A stretch of DNA of 62,270 nt, filler included, from an uncultured bacterium (GCA_964371695.1; 7 parts of 7 records of this genome joined end to end with filler, not necessarily neighbours in it), one strand, 5' to 3'. Shown: positions 9,442-19,930, numbered from the whole stretch's first letter. Numbers and translations: made by a program. Notes: generated from the sequence alone by a model not told the origin.

Positions 9442-10362
9442 TCATGTCCAGGCCAGAAAACGGGTTTGCGCCTCGCAACTCAGGTCCTGCTGATACAAAC
9501 CCCGCCGGTCCATCCAGCTCACCACGGCGTGTTCGGCCCAGTCGCCGGTGTTCAGATACACCCCTTCGCCCATCTGCTCCAGCATGGCCACGTGGGTGTG
9601 GCCCATGGCCACGAGGTCAGGTTTTTCGAGGCGCAGCAGGCGGCGGGCGGCGTCCTCCCACACGTGCAGGTTATGCACAAACGCCCCCGGCGCACGCTCG
9701 GCCCAGGCCACGCGGCGGAACAGCTCGCAGGAAACATCCGGCGCCACCGGCTCCAGCCAGCGGGCCAGGCCGTCGGTGTTGCGCCAGAACCAATAATCCA
9801 TTTCGTACAGGCCCAGCTTGACGTAACGCAGCCAGGGGTTGAGCACATTGCGGCCCTGCCGCAGCACCGGCTCGCGGTTGAGCCAGGCGTGCATGTTCAC
9901 CATGCGGGGGTCTTCTTCGCCGGCGTCATATTCATCACCGTGAGAAAGCCGCACCCGCCTGCCCAGCAGCGTGAGACGCACGGGGGCCTCGGCCTGGAAC
10001 GACCTCACGGCAAAGGCGGGCCAGTCCAGCGCCGCCTTGCGAAAATAACCGTCGTGATTGCCCGGCACATAAAGCGGCGTCACGCCCCGCTCGGCGTGCC
10101 CCCGCAGGGCGCTCAGCACCCGGCCCGCCAGCCGCTCCATGAACCGCCTGCAATCGGCGTGCTGCACACCATCGCCCACGTCCCCCAGAATCACCACGGC
10201 GCTGGCTTTTTGAAACACCTGTGAAATCACGTGGGCCATCACCGCCACACGGGCGGGGGTCTGGTAATCCAGGTGCAGGTCGCTCAGAAACAGCACCGAA
10301 CCGGCAGACGGTTTTTCGCCCAGAGGATAGAGGTGCGCCCGTTCATAAAGGCCCTGAGGCAT
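9442..10362 (-). CDS. Calcineurin-like metallophosphoesterase, UDP-2,3-diacylglucosamine hydrolase (LpxH)-like
   Basis: SDLHL, LGDVGD, PGNHD, HGD, MGHTH and NTGDW motifs. Confidence 0.8.
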   Translation of the reverse strand: MPQGLYERAHLYPLGEKPSAGSVLFLSDLHLDYQTPARVAVMAHVISQVFQKASAVVILGDVGDGVQHADCRRFMERLAGRVLSALRGHAERGVTPLYVPGNHDGYFRKAALDWPAFAVRSFQAEAPVRLTLLGRRVRLSHGDEYDAGEEDPRMVNMHAWLNREPVLRQGRNVLNPWLRYVKLGLYEMDYWFWRNTDGLARWLEPVAPDVSCELFRRVAWAERAPGAFVHNLHVWEDAARRLLRLEKPDLVAMGHTHVAMLEQMGEGVYLNTGDWAEHAVVSWMDRRGLYQQDLSCEAQTRFLAWT

Positions 10363-10478
10363 CGGGGGATTTTAGAGCCTGTTAACAAAGTGCGTGATGT
10401 AAAAAGTGGCTCAAAGAAAAGCAGGCATCCTTCCTTTATCCTGAACTTTCCGGCCACGCTGTTAAAATGGTGTTTCCC

Positions 10479-11391
10479 ATGTCCACCCGATTGCGTCCCT
10501 TTATCTTCATCTTTTTGCTGCTGTGCTGGGCCAGCACCAGCCACGCGGCAAAACCCAGTTACCGGGTGGCGTTTTACATCGGTCAGGGCCAGAGCACCAA
10601 CGCTCAGTTCAGCTCGGTCATCCGCACCGCGCTCGACGCCGTGGCCAAAGAGCTGAACATCACCTTCTCCTACACCCTTCACAAAACGGTGGAAGAGTTC
10701 CAAAAGGCCATGGACAAGGGCCAGATGGAGGTGGGGTTTTCGCTCAATTACCAGCCCTATCTCGCCCACCGGGGCAAGGGCCAATACAGCCCCCTGGTGA
10801 CTTTTTCGTTTTATGGTNNNNNNNNNNGATGTGGCGTGCCTGTTCACCAACAACCCCCAGGTCACCTCGGTCCGGGCCATGAAGGGGGCCTCTTTGGCCA
10901 CCTATTCGGGCGAGGAGATGTTTTATCTGCTGCAGGAACACGTCGGGGCCGACCCCATCCAGTTTTTCAAGTCGGTCAAAGTCAGCCCCAATGGTTATTC
11001 CAGCGTGTTTGCCGTGGCCATGGGCGAGGTGGACGGCGCTTTCATCTCCCAACTCAGTGTGAACCACCTCAAGTTCACCTATCCGGCGATGTACAAAAAA
11101 ATCAAAAAGGTTTCCTGCGCCCCCAGCCAGCCGGTATCCCCCCTGTTCACCGCCAAACGCCTGCCGGAGAACATCAAAAACCGCCTGTTGTCGCTGCTGA
11201 AAAACGTGCGACAGGAACCCGCCGCCAAAATCCTGCTGCCCCTCATTCGCCAGACCAACACCCGCTTTTTGCCGGTCACCGACGCCAATTACCAGCGTCT
11301 GGCGGCGCTGCTGAACCGGGGCCGCACCAAGGGCTGGCAGGCGAATTATCAGAAGTGGCTCGCCCACGCCCCCAAAACAGCGCCACGGTAG
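10479..11391 (+). CDS. PhnD/SsuA-like substrate-binding protein (frame broken only by the 10-N gap at 10818-10827)
   Basis: Signal peptide; N- and C-terminal halves lie on either side of the scaffold gap; AVAMGEVDGAF and F.PV.D..Y..L patterns. Confidence 0.65.
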
Positions 11392-11403
11392 ATGCTTCAG
11401 CAA

Positions 11404-11552
11404 CAGGGTGTTGAGAAAGTCCCTCCTGGCCTTTCTCAACCCATTTTGCTCAAGCAAAGCTCTCGCAAAATGGCGCTTTTGCAGGGGTTTTTTAAACCCC
11501 TGCAAGCGAAAAATCCATCCATGGATTTTTCAGGGTGTTTATCAACACCCTG
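11404..11552. mobile_element. Putative ~150-bp MITE
   Basis: Terminal inverted repeats CAGGGTGTTGAGAAA and TTTATCAACACCCTG (14/15 match); internal palindrome AAAATCCATCCATGGATTTT; no clear target duplication. Confidence 0.55.
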
Positions 11553-11675
11553 GCACGCCATTTTTCAGGGCCCTGCCAAACGGGTAAAAAAATATTTTTT
11601 TTGCGGTCAACCCGGCGGGCAGGCCCGGATAGTAGCTTTGTCACCTCGACATTACGCGTCCCAAGGAGGAATACC

Positions 11676-12122
11676 GTGAGCCTGACCAGCATGTGGGGAA
11701 AAACTGCATCTTTTTTGAACTACGGCGGCGACGACACCGAAATGGTGTCTGTGAGGGAAGCCCCTCAACACACCGCCCTGTCCATGGATGAGGGCAAGGT
11801 GGTCGCCATGCCCATGGGTGTGAAATACCAGATCGCCCTGTTAAGTCCGGAACAGTTTGACGACTGTCAGGTGGTAGCCGACAAGCTGCTGAGCCAGAGC
11901 GCCGTCATCGTGAACCTGGAGAGCATGCAGGAGACCGAAGCCCGCAGCTTGGTGGATTTCCTGAATGGCGTGGTTTATGCCATCAAGGGCACCGTGGAGC
12001 GCGTGAGCAACCATCACTTCCTGTACTGCCCGCCTTCGGTGCAGATGGTGTTCGACGACGAGGAGGACGTGTTTGAGCCAGAAACCACGAGCCGCCGCCG
12101 CGCCACGGCCTTCGGCCGGTAA
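11676..12122 (+). CDS. sepF: Cell division protein SepF
   Basis: AAGGAGG RBS before GTG; P..FDD…VAD.L…VIVNLE, LVDFL.G.VYAI.G and FLYCP motifs. Confidence 0.9.
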   Translation: MSLTSMWGKTASFLNYGGDDTEMVSVREAPQHTALSMDEGKVVAMPMGVKYQIALLSPEQFDDCQVVADKLLSQSAVIVNLESMQETEARSLVDFLNGVVYAIKGTVERVSNHHFLYCPPSVQMVFDDEEDVFEPETTSRRRATAFGR

Positions 12123-12936
12123 AAACGCCGCCCGCCCACTGCTGAGCGTTTCGCTGGTGGGCGTGGGGGCCATGGGCAGCGCCCTTGGGCGCGGCCTGAT
12201 CCAGGCCGGTGCGCTGGGCGCTGACGAACTGACCTTTTTTGACCCCGACGACAGGGCGGCCAAGGCGTTTGAAAAAGCCACGGGCGCCCGACGGGTGCCC
12301 ACCCTGAGTTGGGCGCTGGGGTCCAGCATCACCATTTTCGCCGTCAAACCCCAGATGTTGCCCACCCTTCTCGAACAATGCCGCGCCAGCACGGCAGAAG
12401 GATCCACCTGGGTATCGGTGGCTGCCGGTGTGCCCATTGAAAAGCTCAAGGAACACTCCGGCCACGCCGCCTGGGTGCGGGCCATGCCCAATCTGGCCTC
12501 TGCCCATGGCCGGGGCACCACCGGTCTGGTCAAGGCCGAAGCGGTCAAGTCGGACCAGTTCGCCCTGGTGCTGTCGCTGTTTGAGGCGGTGGGCACGGCG
12601 GTGGTGGTGGACGAAAGCAAAATGGACGCCGTGACGGCGCTGGCGGGCTCCGGCCCGGCGCTGGTGCTGGGAGTGCTGGACGCCCTGGCCCAAGGGGGCG
12701 TGTGGGCTGGCCTTTCTTATGCCGACGCCCTGGCCCTGGCCTGTGGCGCGGCAGACGGCGCGCTCGCGCTGCTGAAACATGAAAACGCCCACCCCGCCCA
12801 GTTGCAGAGCCGCGTGGCCAGCCCCGGCGGCACCACCATCGCCGCCCTGGCCACCATGGAGAAACAGGCCGTGGCCGGGGCGTTGATGCAGGCGGTGAAA
12901 GCCGCCGCAGACCGCAGCAAGGAGTTGTCGGGCTGA
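12073..12936 (+). CDS. proC: Pyrroline-5-carboxylate reductase (start uncertain)
   Basis: GVGAMG, AVKPQ, SVAAG, RAMPN, TALAGSGPA and VASPGGTT motifs. Confidence 0.93.
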   Translation: MSQKPRAAAAPRPSAGKNAARPLLSVSLVGVGAMGSALGRGLIQAGALGADELTFFDPDDRAAKAFEKATGARRVPTLSWALGSSITIFAVKPQMLPTLLEQCRASTAEGSTWVSVAAGVPIEKLKEHSGHAAWVRAMPNLASAHGRGTTGLVKAEAVKSDQFALVLSLFEAVGTAVVVDESKMDAVTALAGSGPALVLGVLDALAQGGVWAGLSYADALALACGAADGALALLKHENAHPAQLQSRVASPGGTTIAALATMEKQAVAGALMQAVKAAADRSKELSG

Positions 12937-12951
12937 AGCCCTTTAAGTGTC

Positions 12952-13806
12952 ATGAACCCATGGATGGAATATTTTTTTCTTGGTCTGTTGCAGGGGGTGG
13001 CAGAGTTTCTGCCCATTTCCTCAGACGGCCATCTGCTGCTGGCAGAGCATTATCTGGGCATCCGCGAAGACAACCTGTTTGTCACCGTCATGCTGCACAT
13101 TGGCACATTGGTGGCCACGACCTTGTTTTTTCGCAAACGCATTGCCCGCGCCTTGAAGCCCGACCAGATCAAACCGGCGTTGCTGGCGGTGGTCGCGGCC
13201 AGTGTACCCACGGCGGCCATTGGCCTGGGGGTGAAAAAGTTTCTGGAGATGGACGGTTTCAGCGTGTCTTCTCAGGCCACACTGGGGGCGGCCCTGCTCA
13301 TGGTCAACGCCGCCGTGCTGCTGTGGGGCCACTGGCTGTGGAAGCGTCAGCAACCCGTGGCCGGTGAGCCGCCCCTGACGCTCGAAAATATTGAAGAAAG
13401 CCCCGTGGCGGCGACTTTTCCGGCGGCCGGACCCAGCGCCCTGGTGGGGCTGATGCAGGGGGCCGCCACCTTGCCGGGGGTGTCTCGCAGCGGCTGCACC
13501 ATCACCGGCGGTATGTTGGTGGGGCTGAAGGCCGAGGACGCCTTTGAGTTCTCCTTCCTCCTGTCCATTCCCGCCGTGGCGGGTGTGGTGCTGCTGATGC
13601 TCAAAGATTTTCAGCAGGCCAACATTCCCCACCCCGGCCCCCTGGCCATGGCGGTGGGCGTGAGTTTTGTGGTGGGTTATTTCGCCCTTTGGGCGCTGCG
13701 CCACGTGGTGACCAGCGGCAAGCTGCATTTTTTTGCAGCCTATTGTTTTCTGGTGGGGGGCGGCAATTTGATATGGCTGTTGATGCAGGGAGCGAACCAT
13801 GGCTAA
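12952..13806 (+). CDS. uppP: Undecaprenyl-diphosphate phosphatase
   Basis: GLLQGVAEFLPISSDGHL, PGVSRSG and FSFLLSIPA motifs. Confidence 0.95.
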   Translation: MNPWMEYFFLGLLQGVAEFLPISSDGHLLLAEHYLGIREDNLFVTVMLHIGTLVATTLFFRKRIARALKPDQIKPALLAVVAASVPTAAIGLGVKKFLEMDGFSVSSQATLGAALLMVNAAVLLWGHWLWKRQQPVAGEPPLTLENIEESPVAATFPAAGPSALVGLMQGAATLPGVSRSGCTITGGMLVGLKAEDAFEFSFLLSIPAVAGVVLLMLKDFQQANIPHPGPLAMAVGVSFVVGYFALWALRHVVTSGKLHFFAAYCFLVGGGNLIWLLMQGANHG

Positions 13807-16378
13807 AACCACTCAGGACTGGCCCCGTTTAAGGCCCGAAGACGGCGTGCAGGCTGCGCCCAAACGCAGCCGCGCCAAAACAAAAGTCGCGCCAGACCCC
13901 GAACCCCCGGTGCCCGGAGCGTGGAAGGTGTTGCTGCCCGAACTGTTGGGGGCCACGCTGGTGTTTGTCGCCCTCACCCTGCTGCTTGCCCTGTTTGGCC
14001 CCGACCGGGGCCGCCTGCTGCTGAAAATCAAATGGGCCCTGGTGGCCGGTGTGGGGCGGCACGGCGTGTTCGCCGCGCTGCTTTCGCTGGGCACGGGTGT
14101 GTTTCTTCTCAGCCGCCGCCACCGGGGGCTGTATGGCCGCATTGCCCTGGGCCTGCTGGCCTGGGTGGTGCTGCTGCCGCCGCTGGACCACCTCATCGCC
14201 ACCACCTGGAACGGTCAGGACGTGTTGAAGGAAACCGCCTGGAACTTCAGCGCGGGTGGGGCCTGGGGCCAGTGGGTGACGCAAAAACTCGTGTCTGCCC
14301 TGGGGGCCTGGACGGGACTCATCAGCTACGTGTTTTTTCTGCTGGTGCTGGCGTGGTTCAAAACCGGCCTCAGCTTCAAAGCCCTGCTGGAAGGGATAGA
14401 AACCGCCGTGGCCTGGACAGCCGCCCGGCTGGCGCAAGTGGGCCAGTGGTTGCAGCCACTGATGGGCGACGGGGCCAAACGGATGCAGGGGGCGGGCAAG
14501 GCGGTGCAGGAAACGCTGCTGGCCAAAAGCCAGCGCGAAGCAGCGCGGGGCCAGCTTGGCCCCGTGGCCGAAACCACAGCCGCAAAAGCACCCCCCGCCG
14601 ATGGGGTTGAAGAAGAAACCAGCCCCGATCAGCCCCCCCTGGCCGAGGAACCGCCCATCACCCGCCGCAACCGCCTGCTGGCCCGTTTCGCCAAAGAAAA
14701 AGATGAGACNNNNNNNNNNGATGAGACCCCCGAAGGAGAAACCCCCGAAGAAGACGAAGTGATCCTGCACCAGGAAATCGCCAGCCTGGAAGACGTGGAC
14801 AAAGAAGACATGGCCACGGAGGACGAAGACGGCGAAGAAGTTTTTGACGGGGAAGACGAGGAAATCGGCGACGAAGAAGAAGATTTTGAAGTGGAAACCG
14901 TGGGCCTGTGCGCCTCGCCCAAAGGCCCCGACAAAATCCAGGAACGCCGCCACGACGACATCACTTATCTGCTGCCCCCCACTTTTTTGCTCAACGAACC
15001 AGAGGAAGACAACAGCGATTTTGACCACGGCGAGGCCGAGCGCCTGCGCCAGACCCTGGACGACTTCAAGGTGCAGGCCAAGATCACCAAGGTGCTGCGG
15101 GGCCCCAACGTCACGCGCTACGAACTCACCCTGCCCCGTGGCGTGAAGGTGAAAAAAATCGTGGAACTGCAAGACGAAATCGCCATGTCCCTGGCGGCCC
15201 AGTCGGTGCGCATCCAGGCCCCCATTCCGGGCAAGAACGCCATCGGCGTGGAACTGCCGCGCAAAGACCCCGTGGTGGTGCGCCTGCGGGAACTTCTGGA
15301 CAGCGACGCGTTCAAGACCGCCAAAAGCAAACTCACCATCGCCGTGGGCAAAGAGGTCACCGGCCAGCCCATCGTGGCGAATCTGGCCTCCATGCCCCAC
15401 CTGCTGATTGCCGGGGCCACGGGCCAGGGCAAAAGCGTGTGTCTGAACGTGCTCATCACCAGTCTGGTGCTCAAGGCCACGCCCTTTGAGGTCAAGCTCA
15501 TTCTCATCGACCCCAAGCGGGTGGAGTTCCCCATCTACAGCCGCCTGCCCCACCTGCTGTGCCCGGTGGTGGAAGACAGCCGACAGGCCATCAACGCCCT
15601 GCAATGGGTGGCCGATGAAATGACCCGGCGTTATGACCTGCTCAAGCAGCACAACAAACGCAACCTCGACGACTACAACAACACCGTGCCCAAATATGAC
15701 CACGAAAAACTGCCGCGCATCGTGGTGATTGTGGACGAGCTGAACGACCTGCTCATGACCAGCCTCAAACGGGGCAACGTAGAGGAACTCATCTGCCGCA
15801 TCGCCCAGTTGGCCCGTGCGGCGGGTATTCACCTGGTGCTGGCCACCCAGCGACCCGACGTGAAGGTCATCACCGGCACCATCAAGGCCAACATCCCCTG
15901 CCGCATCGCCTTTGCCACCACCAGCCAGATAGACAGCCGCACCATCATCGACCTGGGCGGGGCCGAAAAACTCCTGGGCCGGGGCGACATGCTGTTCCTC
16001 AACGGCGGCCGCAACATCCAGCGACTGCAGGGGGCTTTTCTGGATGAAGCCGAGATCGAAAAAGTGGTGAACTTCTGCGCCGAGCAGATCGCGCCGATGT
16101 ACAACGAAGAAATCCTCACCTTTGGCCAGGACGACGACGATGACGAAAGCGTGAGCCAATATCTGGACGGCGTGGACGACGACCGGTTTGAAGACGCCCT
16201 GAAACTGGTGCTCAGCATGCAGACCGCCAGCACCAGTTATCTGCAACGCAAGCTGGGCATTGGTTATAACCGCGCCGCCCGCCTGATTGACCTGATGGAA
16301 GAAAAAGGCATTGTGGATTCGGCGGACCCCTCCAAACCCAGCGCCCCCCGAAAGGTGCTGGTGGCCCAGTCCGCCTGA
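13799..16378 (+). CDS. ftsK: DNA translocase FtsK (10-N gap at 14710-14719)
   Basis: N-terminal TM domain, acidic linker, PHLLIAGATGQGKS, IHLVLATQRP, GAEKLLGRGDML and a gamma domain (LQRKLGIGYNRAARL). Confidence 0.96.
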   Translation: MAKTTQDWPRLRPEDGVQAAPKRSRAKTKVAPDPEPPVPGAWKVLLPELLGATLVFVALTLLLALFGPDRGRLLLKIKWALVAGVGRHGVFAALLSLGTGVFLLSRRHRGLYGRIALGLLAWVVLLPPLDHLIATTWNGQDVLKETAWNFSAGGAWGQWVTQKLVSALGAWTGLISYVFFLLVLAWFKTGLSFKALLEGIETAVAWTAARLAQVGQWLQPLMGDGAKRMQGAGKAVQETLLAKSQREAARGQLGPVAETTAAKAPPADGVEEETSPDQPPLAEEPPITRRNRLLARFAKEKDEXXXXDETPEGETPEEDEVILHQEIASLEDVDKEDMATEDEDGEEVFDGEDEEIGDEEEDFEVETVGLCASPKGPDKIQERRHDDITYLLPPTFLLNEPEEDNSDFDHGEAERLRQTLDDFKVQAKITKVLRGPNVTRYELTLPRGVKVKKIVELQDEIAMSLAAQSVRIQAPIPGKNAIGVELPRKDPVVVRLRELLDSDAFKTAKSKLTIAVGKEVTGQPIVANLASMPHLLIAGATGQGKSVCLNVLITSLVLKATPFEVKLILIDPKRVEFPIYSRLPHLLCPVVEDSRQAINALQWVADEMTRRYDLLKQHNKRNLDDYNNTVPKYDHEKLPRIVVIVDELNDLLMTSLKRGNVEELICRIAQLARAAGIHLVLATQRPDVKVITGTIKANIPCRIAFATTSQIDSRTIIDLGGAEKLLGRGDMLFLNGGRNIQRLQGAFLDEAEIEKVVNFCAEQIAPMYNEEILTFGQDDDDDESVSQYLDGVDDDRFEDALKLVLSMQTASTSYLQRKLGIGYNRAARLIDLMEEKGIVDSADPSKPSAPRKVLVAQSA

Positions 16379-16382
16379 AGCC

Positions 16383-16967
16383 ATGAGCACCGAAACCTTT
16401 TTTGAGGCTTATCTGGAAGATTCCCTGTCGGCGCTGGCGGCGGCGAAGGCCCTTGGGCCGGTGGTGAGCCAGGGAGCAACCCTGCTGCACCAAACGCTTC
16501 AGCAAAGCGGCAAGGTGCTGGTCTGCGGCAATGGCGGCAGCGCCGCCGACGCCCAGCATTTTGTGGCGGAACTGGTGGTGCGTTTTGAAAAAGAGCGTGG
16601 CCCCCTGGCCGCCGTGGCGCTTTGCACCGACACCAGCATCCTCACCGCCTGCGCCAACGATTATTCGTTCGAGGAAGTCTTTGCCCGTCAGGTGGGGGCG
16701 CTGGGCCGGGCGGGAGACACACTGCTCGCCATCAGCACCAGCGGCAACAGCCCCAATGTGCTGGGGGCCGCCCACCGCGCCAAATCACTGGGACTGAAAG
16801 TGCTGGCGCTGACGGGTGAAGGCGGCGGCGCGCTGGCCCCCCTGGCGGACGTGCTGGTGGCGGCCCCCCACAAACGCACGGCGCTCATTCAGCAGATACA
16901 CGAAGTGGTGCTGCATTTCTGGTGCGAAGAAATAGACCGGCGATGGACCGAAAAACTCTCTCCATAA
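16383..16967 (+). CDS. gmhA: Phosphoheptose isomerase
   Basis: CGNGGSAADAQH, ANDY…FARQV, ISTSGNS and IQQIH motifs. Confidence 0.95.
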   Translation: MSTETFFEAYLEDSLSALAAAKALGPVVSQGATLLHQTLQQSGKVLVCGNGGSAADAQHFVAELVVRFEKERGPLAAVALCTDTSILTACANDYSFEEVFARQVGALGRAGDTLLAISTSGNSPNVLGAAHRAKSLGLKVLALTGEGGGALAPLADVLVAAPHKRTALIQQIHEVVLHFWCEEIDRRWTEKLSP

Positions 16968-16992
16968 AACGATATGGAGTAGGCGCGGTGTC

Positions 16993-17202
16993 CATTGCTG
17001 TTAGGTTCGCGAGAAAAGTCCCGAATTACCAAGGGTTTTTTGAGGTAGCCCCGGCGTCCCGCCGGGAGTGTCCAACGCCCCAAAGGCGCGCACCATTCAG
17101 ATTCCTGTTCACGTCTCCCAGAAAAAATCCTATTGGGTGATGCCTTCGGCGTTTTTTACTCCCGGCGGGACGCCGGGGCTACCAATAAACCTGACAGCCC
17201 TG
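16993..17202. mobile_element. ~210-bp MITE (copy 1) carrying an inverted REP pair, inserted into a GTAG-REP
   Basis: Ends CATTGCTGTTAG and CTGACAGCCCTG; flanked by GGCGCGGTGTC (16982-16992) and AGCGCGGTGTC (17203-17213); collinear with 48188-48398. Confidence 0.85.
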
Positions 17203-17265
17203 AGCGCGGTGTCCCCACCGCGCCACAACCAGAACAAAACCAAAGATGCGATGTTTTGTGTTTGA

Positions 17266-17293
17266 CTGGATTCCCGCTTTCGCGGGAATGACG
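17266..17293. repeat. CGTC-type palindromic repeat
   Basis: CTGGATTCCCGCTTTCGCGGGAATGACG is the reverse complement of 32798-32825. Confidence 0.85.
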
Positions 17294-17368
17294 CCGGGTG
17301 ATGATGGGGTTTTTTTTCTTTTCTGACCGCCGGCTTCCAGATTTCAACTTCCAACTTCCATTCCCGCC

Positions 17369-17801
17369 TCAGTTGGCCTCTACGGTCCAGCGCTCGGCGT
17401 TCCAGCTCACCGGCACTTCGCTGGCGGTGGGTTTGAAGCCCTTCACCTTGCCCCGCTCGGCCCACTGGATGGTGCGGAAATAAAGCGGCAGGGCGGGCAT
17501 CTGTTTGCGCCACAGGGCCTGTTCCTCGTGAAACAGCTTCACCCGCTCTTTTTGATCAATGGTGCGAGCGATGCGTTTTTCCAGGTCGCTGAGCGCCTTG
17601 TCGCACAGCCCCACGGTGTTCTGGCCCGACCAGCCGTTGGCCGCAGTGGGGATTTTGTCGCAGGCCCACAGGTTCTGGCCGTCGGCCCAGGGCGCGAAGG
17701 TCCAGGCGTACATGATCATGTGGGGGAACTTGCGCTTGGTGAGGGTCTCGGAGAAAAGTGTTTTGGCGGGCTGGTTGTTGATGACCAGTTCAATGCCCAC
17801 C
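17369..17801 (-). CDS. Peptide/nickel ABC transporter substrate-binding protein, C-terminal fragment
   Basis: Family-5 SBP C-terminus (D..ER….Q…PALPLYF…WN.E.W); truncated at the contig end. Confidence 0.8.
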
Positions 17802-17901
17802 NNNNNNNNNNNNNNNNNNNNNNNNNNNNNNNNNNNNNNNNNNNNTTAATTAATTAANNNNNNNNNNNNNNNNNNNNNNNNNNNNNNNNNNNNNNNNNNN
17901 N
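17802..17901. other. Artificial contig linker
   Basis: N-run, TTAATTAATTAA, N-run. Confidence 0.99.
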
Positions 17902-18529
17902 GGGGCAAGGGTGGCTGGTGCAATACAAAAACGAGTGGCTGCGGTTCAGCTATCTCCGCTCATCCGTTACTTCTGGCGGCCTGCTTTCCAGCGCGCTTCT
18001 GATGCGCAAGGACATCTTTGACGCCGCAGGCGGGTTCGACGAAACCTTCACCCGCCCCTCGGTGGAAGACACCGACCTGGGCCGCCGACTGCTGGCCCGG
18101 GGTCACGTGGCGGCGGTGCTGGCCGCGCCGGGCCTGGGTCACGACAAGTCCCTTTCGCCTTGGGGATTTGTGCGCCTCACGTTTTTGCGGGCCTTTGCCC
18201 TGGCCCGGCTGGGGGGCAGCCGTGAAAAAAGCAGCCTGCCGGGGTTCCTTTATGCCGCCATGTTTTTTGCGCTTCTTTTCTGGCCAAGTTTGCTGCTGGG
18301 GCTGGCGGGGGTTGGCCCGGCCCGGCTGCTGGCCGCTGTGGGGGCTTTGGGACTGGTTTTTTCGGCCAAGGACTTTTTTGTCGCATTAAACCGCGATTTG
18401 GGGCCAGGGGCGCTGGCGTGGGCGGTTCCCCTTATGATGCTGGAGATGCCTGTGGCGTTTTTGGGAGGGGTGTGTGGTGTGGTGTGGCCCCGGCGGCCCG
18501 CGCCCAAAAGGGGTGCGCCCCATGCGTAA
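17902..18529 (+). CDS. Glycosyltransferase family 2, C-terminal part with TM helices
   Basis: R…F…GGFDE.F….ED.DLG.RL motif; 5' truncated. Confidence 0.8.
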
Positions 18530-19643
18530 CCTCACCCGCTATGCCCAGTTCGCGCCCTATGTGTTCAAACGCAAGCGCGACTACCCCCTTTACCTCATCC
18601 TTTTTGTCACCCGCGAGTGCAACGCCTTTTGCGGCCACTGCCTGCTGAGCAATCCCGAACTCAAAAGCGGCAAACTCACGGTGGACGATTACGAAAAAAT
18701 CGCCCGCAGCATGGGGCCGCTGCTGTTTTTGTTGCCCACCGGCGGCGAGCCGTGGCTGCGCCGCGACCTGCCCCAGATTGTCTCGAAGTTCATCGACCAC
18801 AACCAGGTGGTCAACGTGGGCATTCCCAGCAACGGCAGTTTCCCCGACCGCCTGATTCCGGGCATGGAGTGGCTGCTGAGCCGTTATCCGGGTGTGGATT
18901 TTGCCATCGACATCAGCTTTGACCACCTGCACGAAAAACACGACGCCAACCGCAAGATAGAAGGCCTTTTTGATCAGGCCTGCGAAACCTACAACGCTCT
19001 TAAACCCCTGGCGAAGCGGTTTGAAAACTTCAACCTCAACGTGTGTTTTACCGTGAGCGCCCTCAACCAATATGACCTGGACGAGATTTATGATTTTCTC
19101 ATCCACACCCTGGGCGTGACCAACATGAACCACCTGCTGGTGCGGGGTTTCTCACGCGAAATGGCCCAGCAGGAGGTGGAGCCGGATCGTTACCGCCACC
19201 TGGGCGAGCGCATCAAGCAGGACGAAATGAAGGGTTACCACGGCTTTGCCTTCAGCGATTTCATCAACGCCATTCGTTACCGGCGGCAAGACGTGATTTA
19301 TAAAACCACGCTGGAAAACAAATTTCAGTTGCCCTGCCGCGCCGGTGAACTGGCGGGGGTGATTTATCCCAACGGCGACGTTTTTCCCTGTGAGCTGCTG
19401 AACGAAAAAATCGGCAATCTGGCCGAAGTGGATTTCCACATGCCCACGCTGTGGAACAGCCCCCGTGCGCAAGAGGTCATCAACAAAATCCGCGACACCA
19501 ACTGCCATTGCACGTTTGAGTGTTTTCTCACCGCCAACATTTTTTTCAACCCCGTGGAACTGGCGAAGGTGATGCGTGAATATGTGGGCATCAAGGGCCG
19601 CAAGCTGCTGCGCTCACGGGCGGCGTCTCTGGCGGGGTTTTAG
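18522..19643 (+). CDS. Radical SAM protein with SPASM/twitch domain
   Basis: CNAFCGHC, TGGEP, C.AG…IYPNGDVFPCE…IGN and CHCTFEC motifs. Confidence 0.9.
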   Translation: MRNLTRYAQFAPYVFKRKRDYPLYLILFVTRECNAFCGHCLLSNPELKSGKLTVDDYEKIARSMGPLLFLLPTGGEPWLRRDLPQIVSKFIDHNQVVNVGIPSNGSFPDRLIPGMEWLLSRYPGVDFAIDISFDHLHEKHDANRKIEGLFDQACETYNALKPLAKRFENFNLNVCFTVSALNQYDLDEIYDFLIHTLGVTNMNHLLVRGFSREMAQQEVEPDRYRHLGERIKQDEMKGYHGFAFSDFINAIRYRRQDVIYKTTLENKFQLPCRAGELAGVIYPNGDVFPCELLNEKIGNLAEVDFHMPTLWNSPRAQEVINKIRDTNCHCTFECFLTANIFFNPVELAKVMREYVGIKGRKLLRSRAASLAGF

Positions 19644-19691
19644 AGCGTTTCCAGAGTAAGTGAAGACTGTCCACCGCTTGGCGACACCCGT

Positions 19692-19745
19692 CGCCAGAGG
19701 CCATGGATGGCCGTTCCCGCCGCCGGTGCAGCGCGGTCGGGGCTT
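19692..19745. repeat. ~50-bp dispersed repeat with a GGCCATGGATGGCC core
   Basis: Closely matches 40783-40835; related cores at about 36043-36056 and 11514-11527. Confidence 0.65.
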
Positions 19746-19930
19746 GTCCATAACGCCCATTGAACACAAAAACCACCGATAAAAGGACGTTTTTTTGGGT
19801 TTGGCTGGACCGTGCGGCGTTGTTCGCAAGGTTTCACGGATGAAACCGGCGAACCAGAAAACATAAACCAGGAAAGTCCCCGGATGGATTTCCGGCGGCA
19901 GGTATTACCGTAATGGGGTATGATGGTGTC

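Noticed and set aside
10818-10827. Apparent frameshift in the substrate-binding protein gene
   Set aside because: It coincides with a 10-N scaffold gap of arbitrary length.
13829-16390. Long antisense ORFs (853 aa here; also 32759-35452, 56022-58538 and 22540-24564)
   Set aside because: These are shadow frames of real genes in high-GC DNA with no protein motifs; only the end of 56022-58538 (rpmH) is real.
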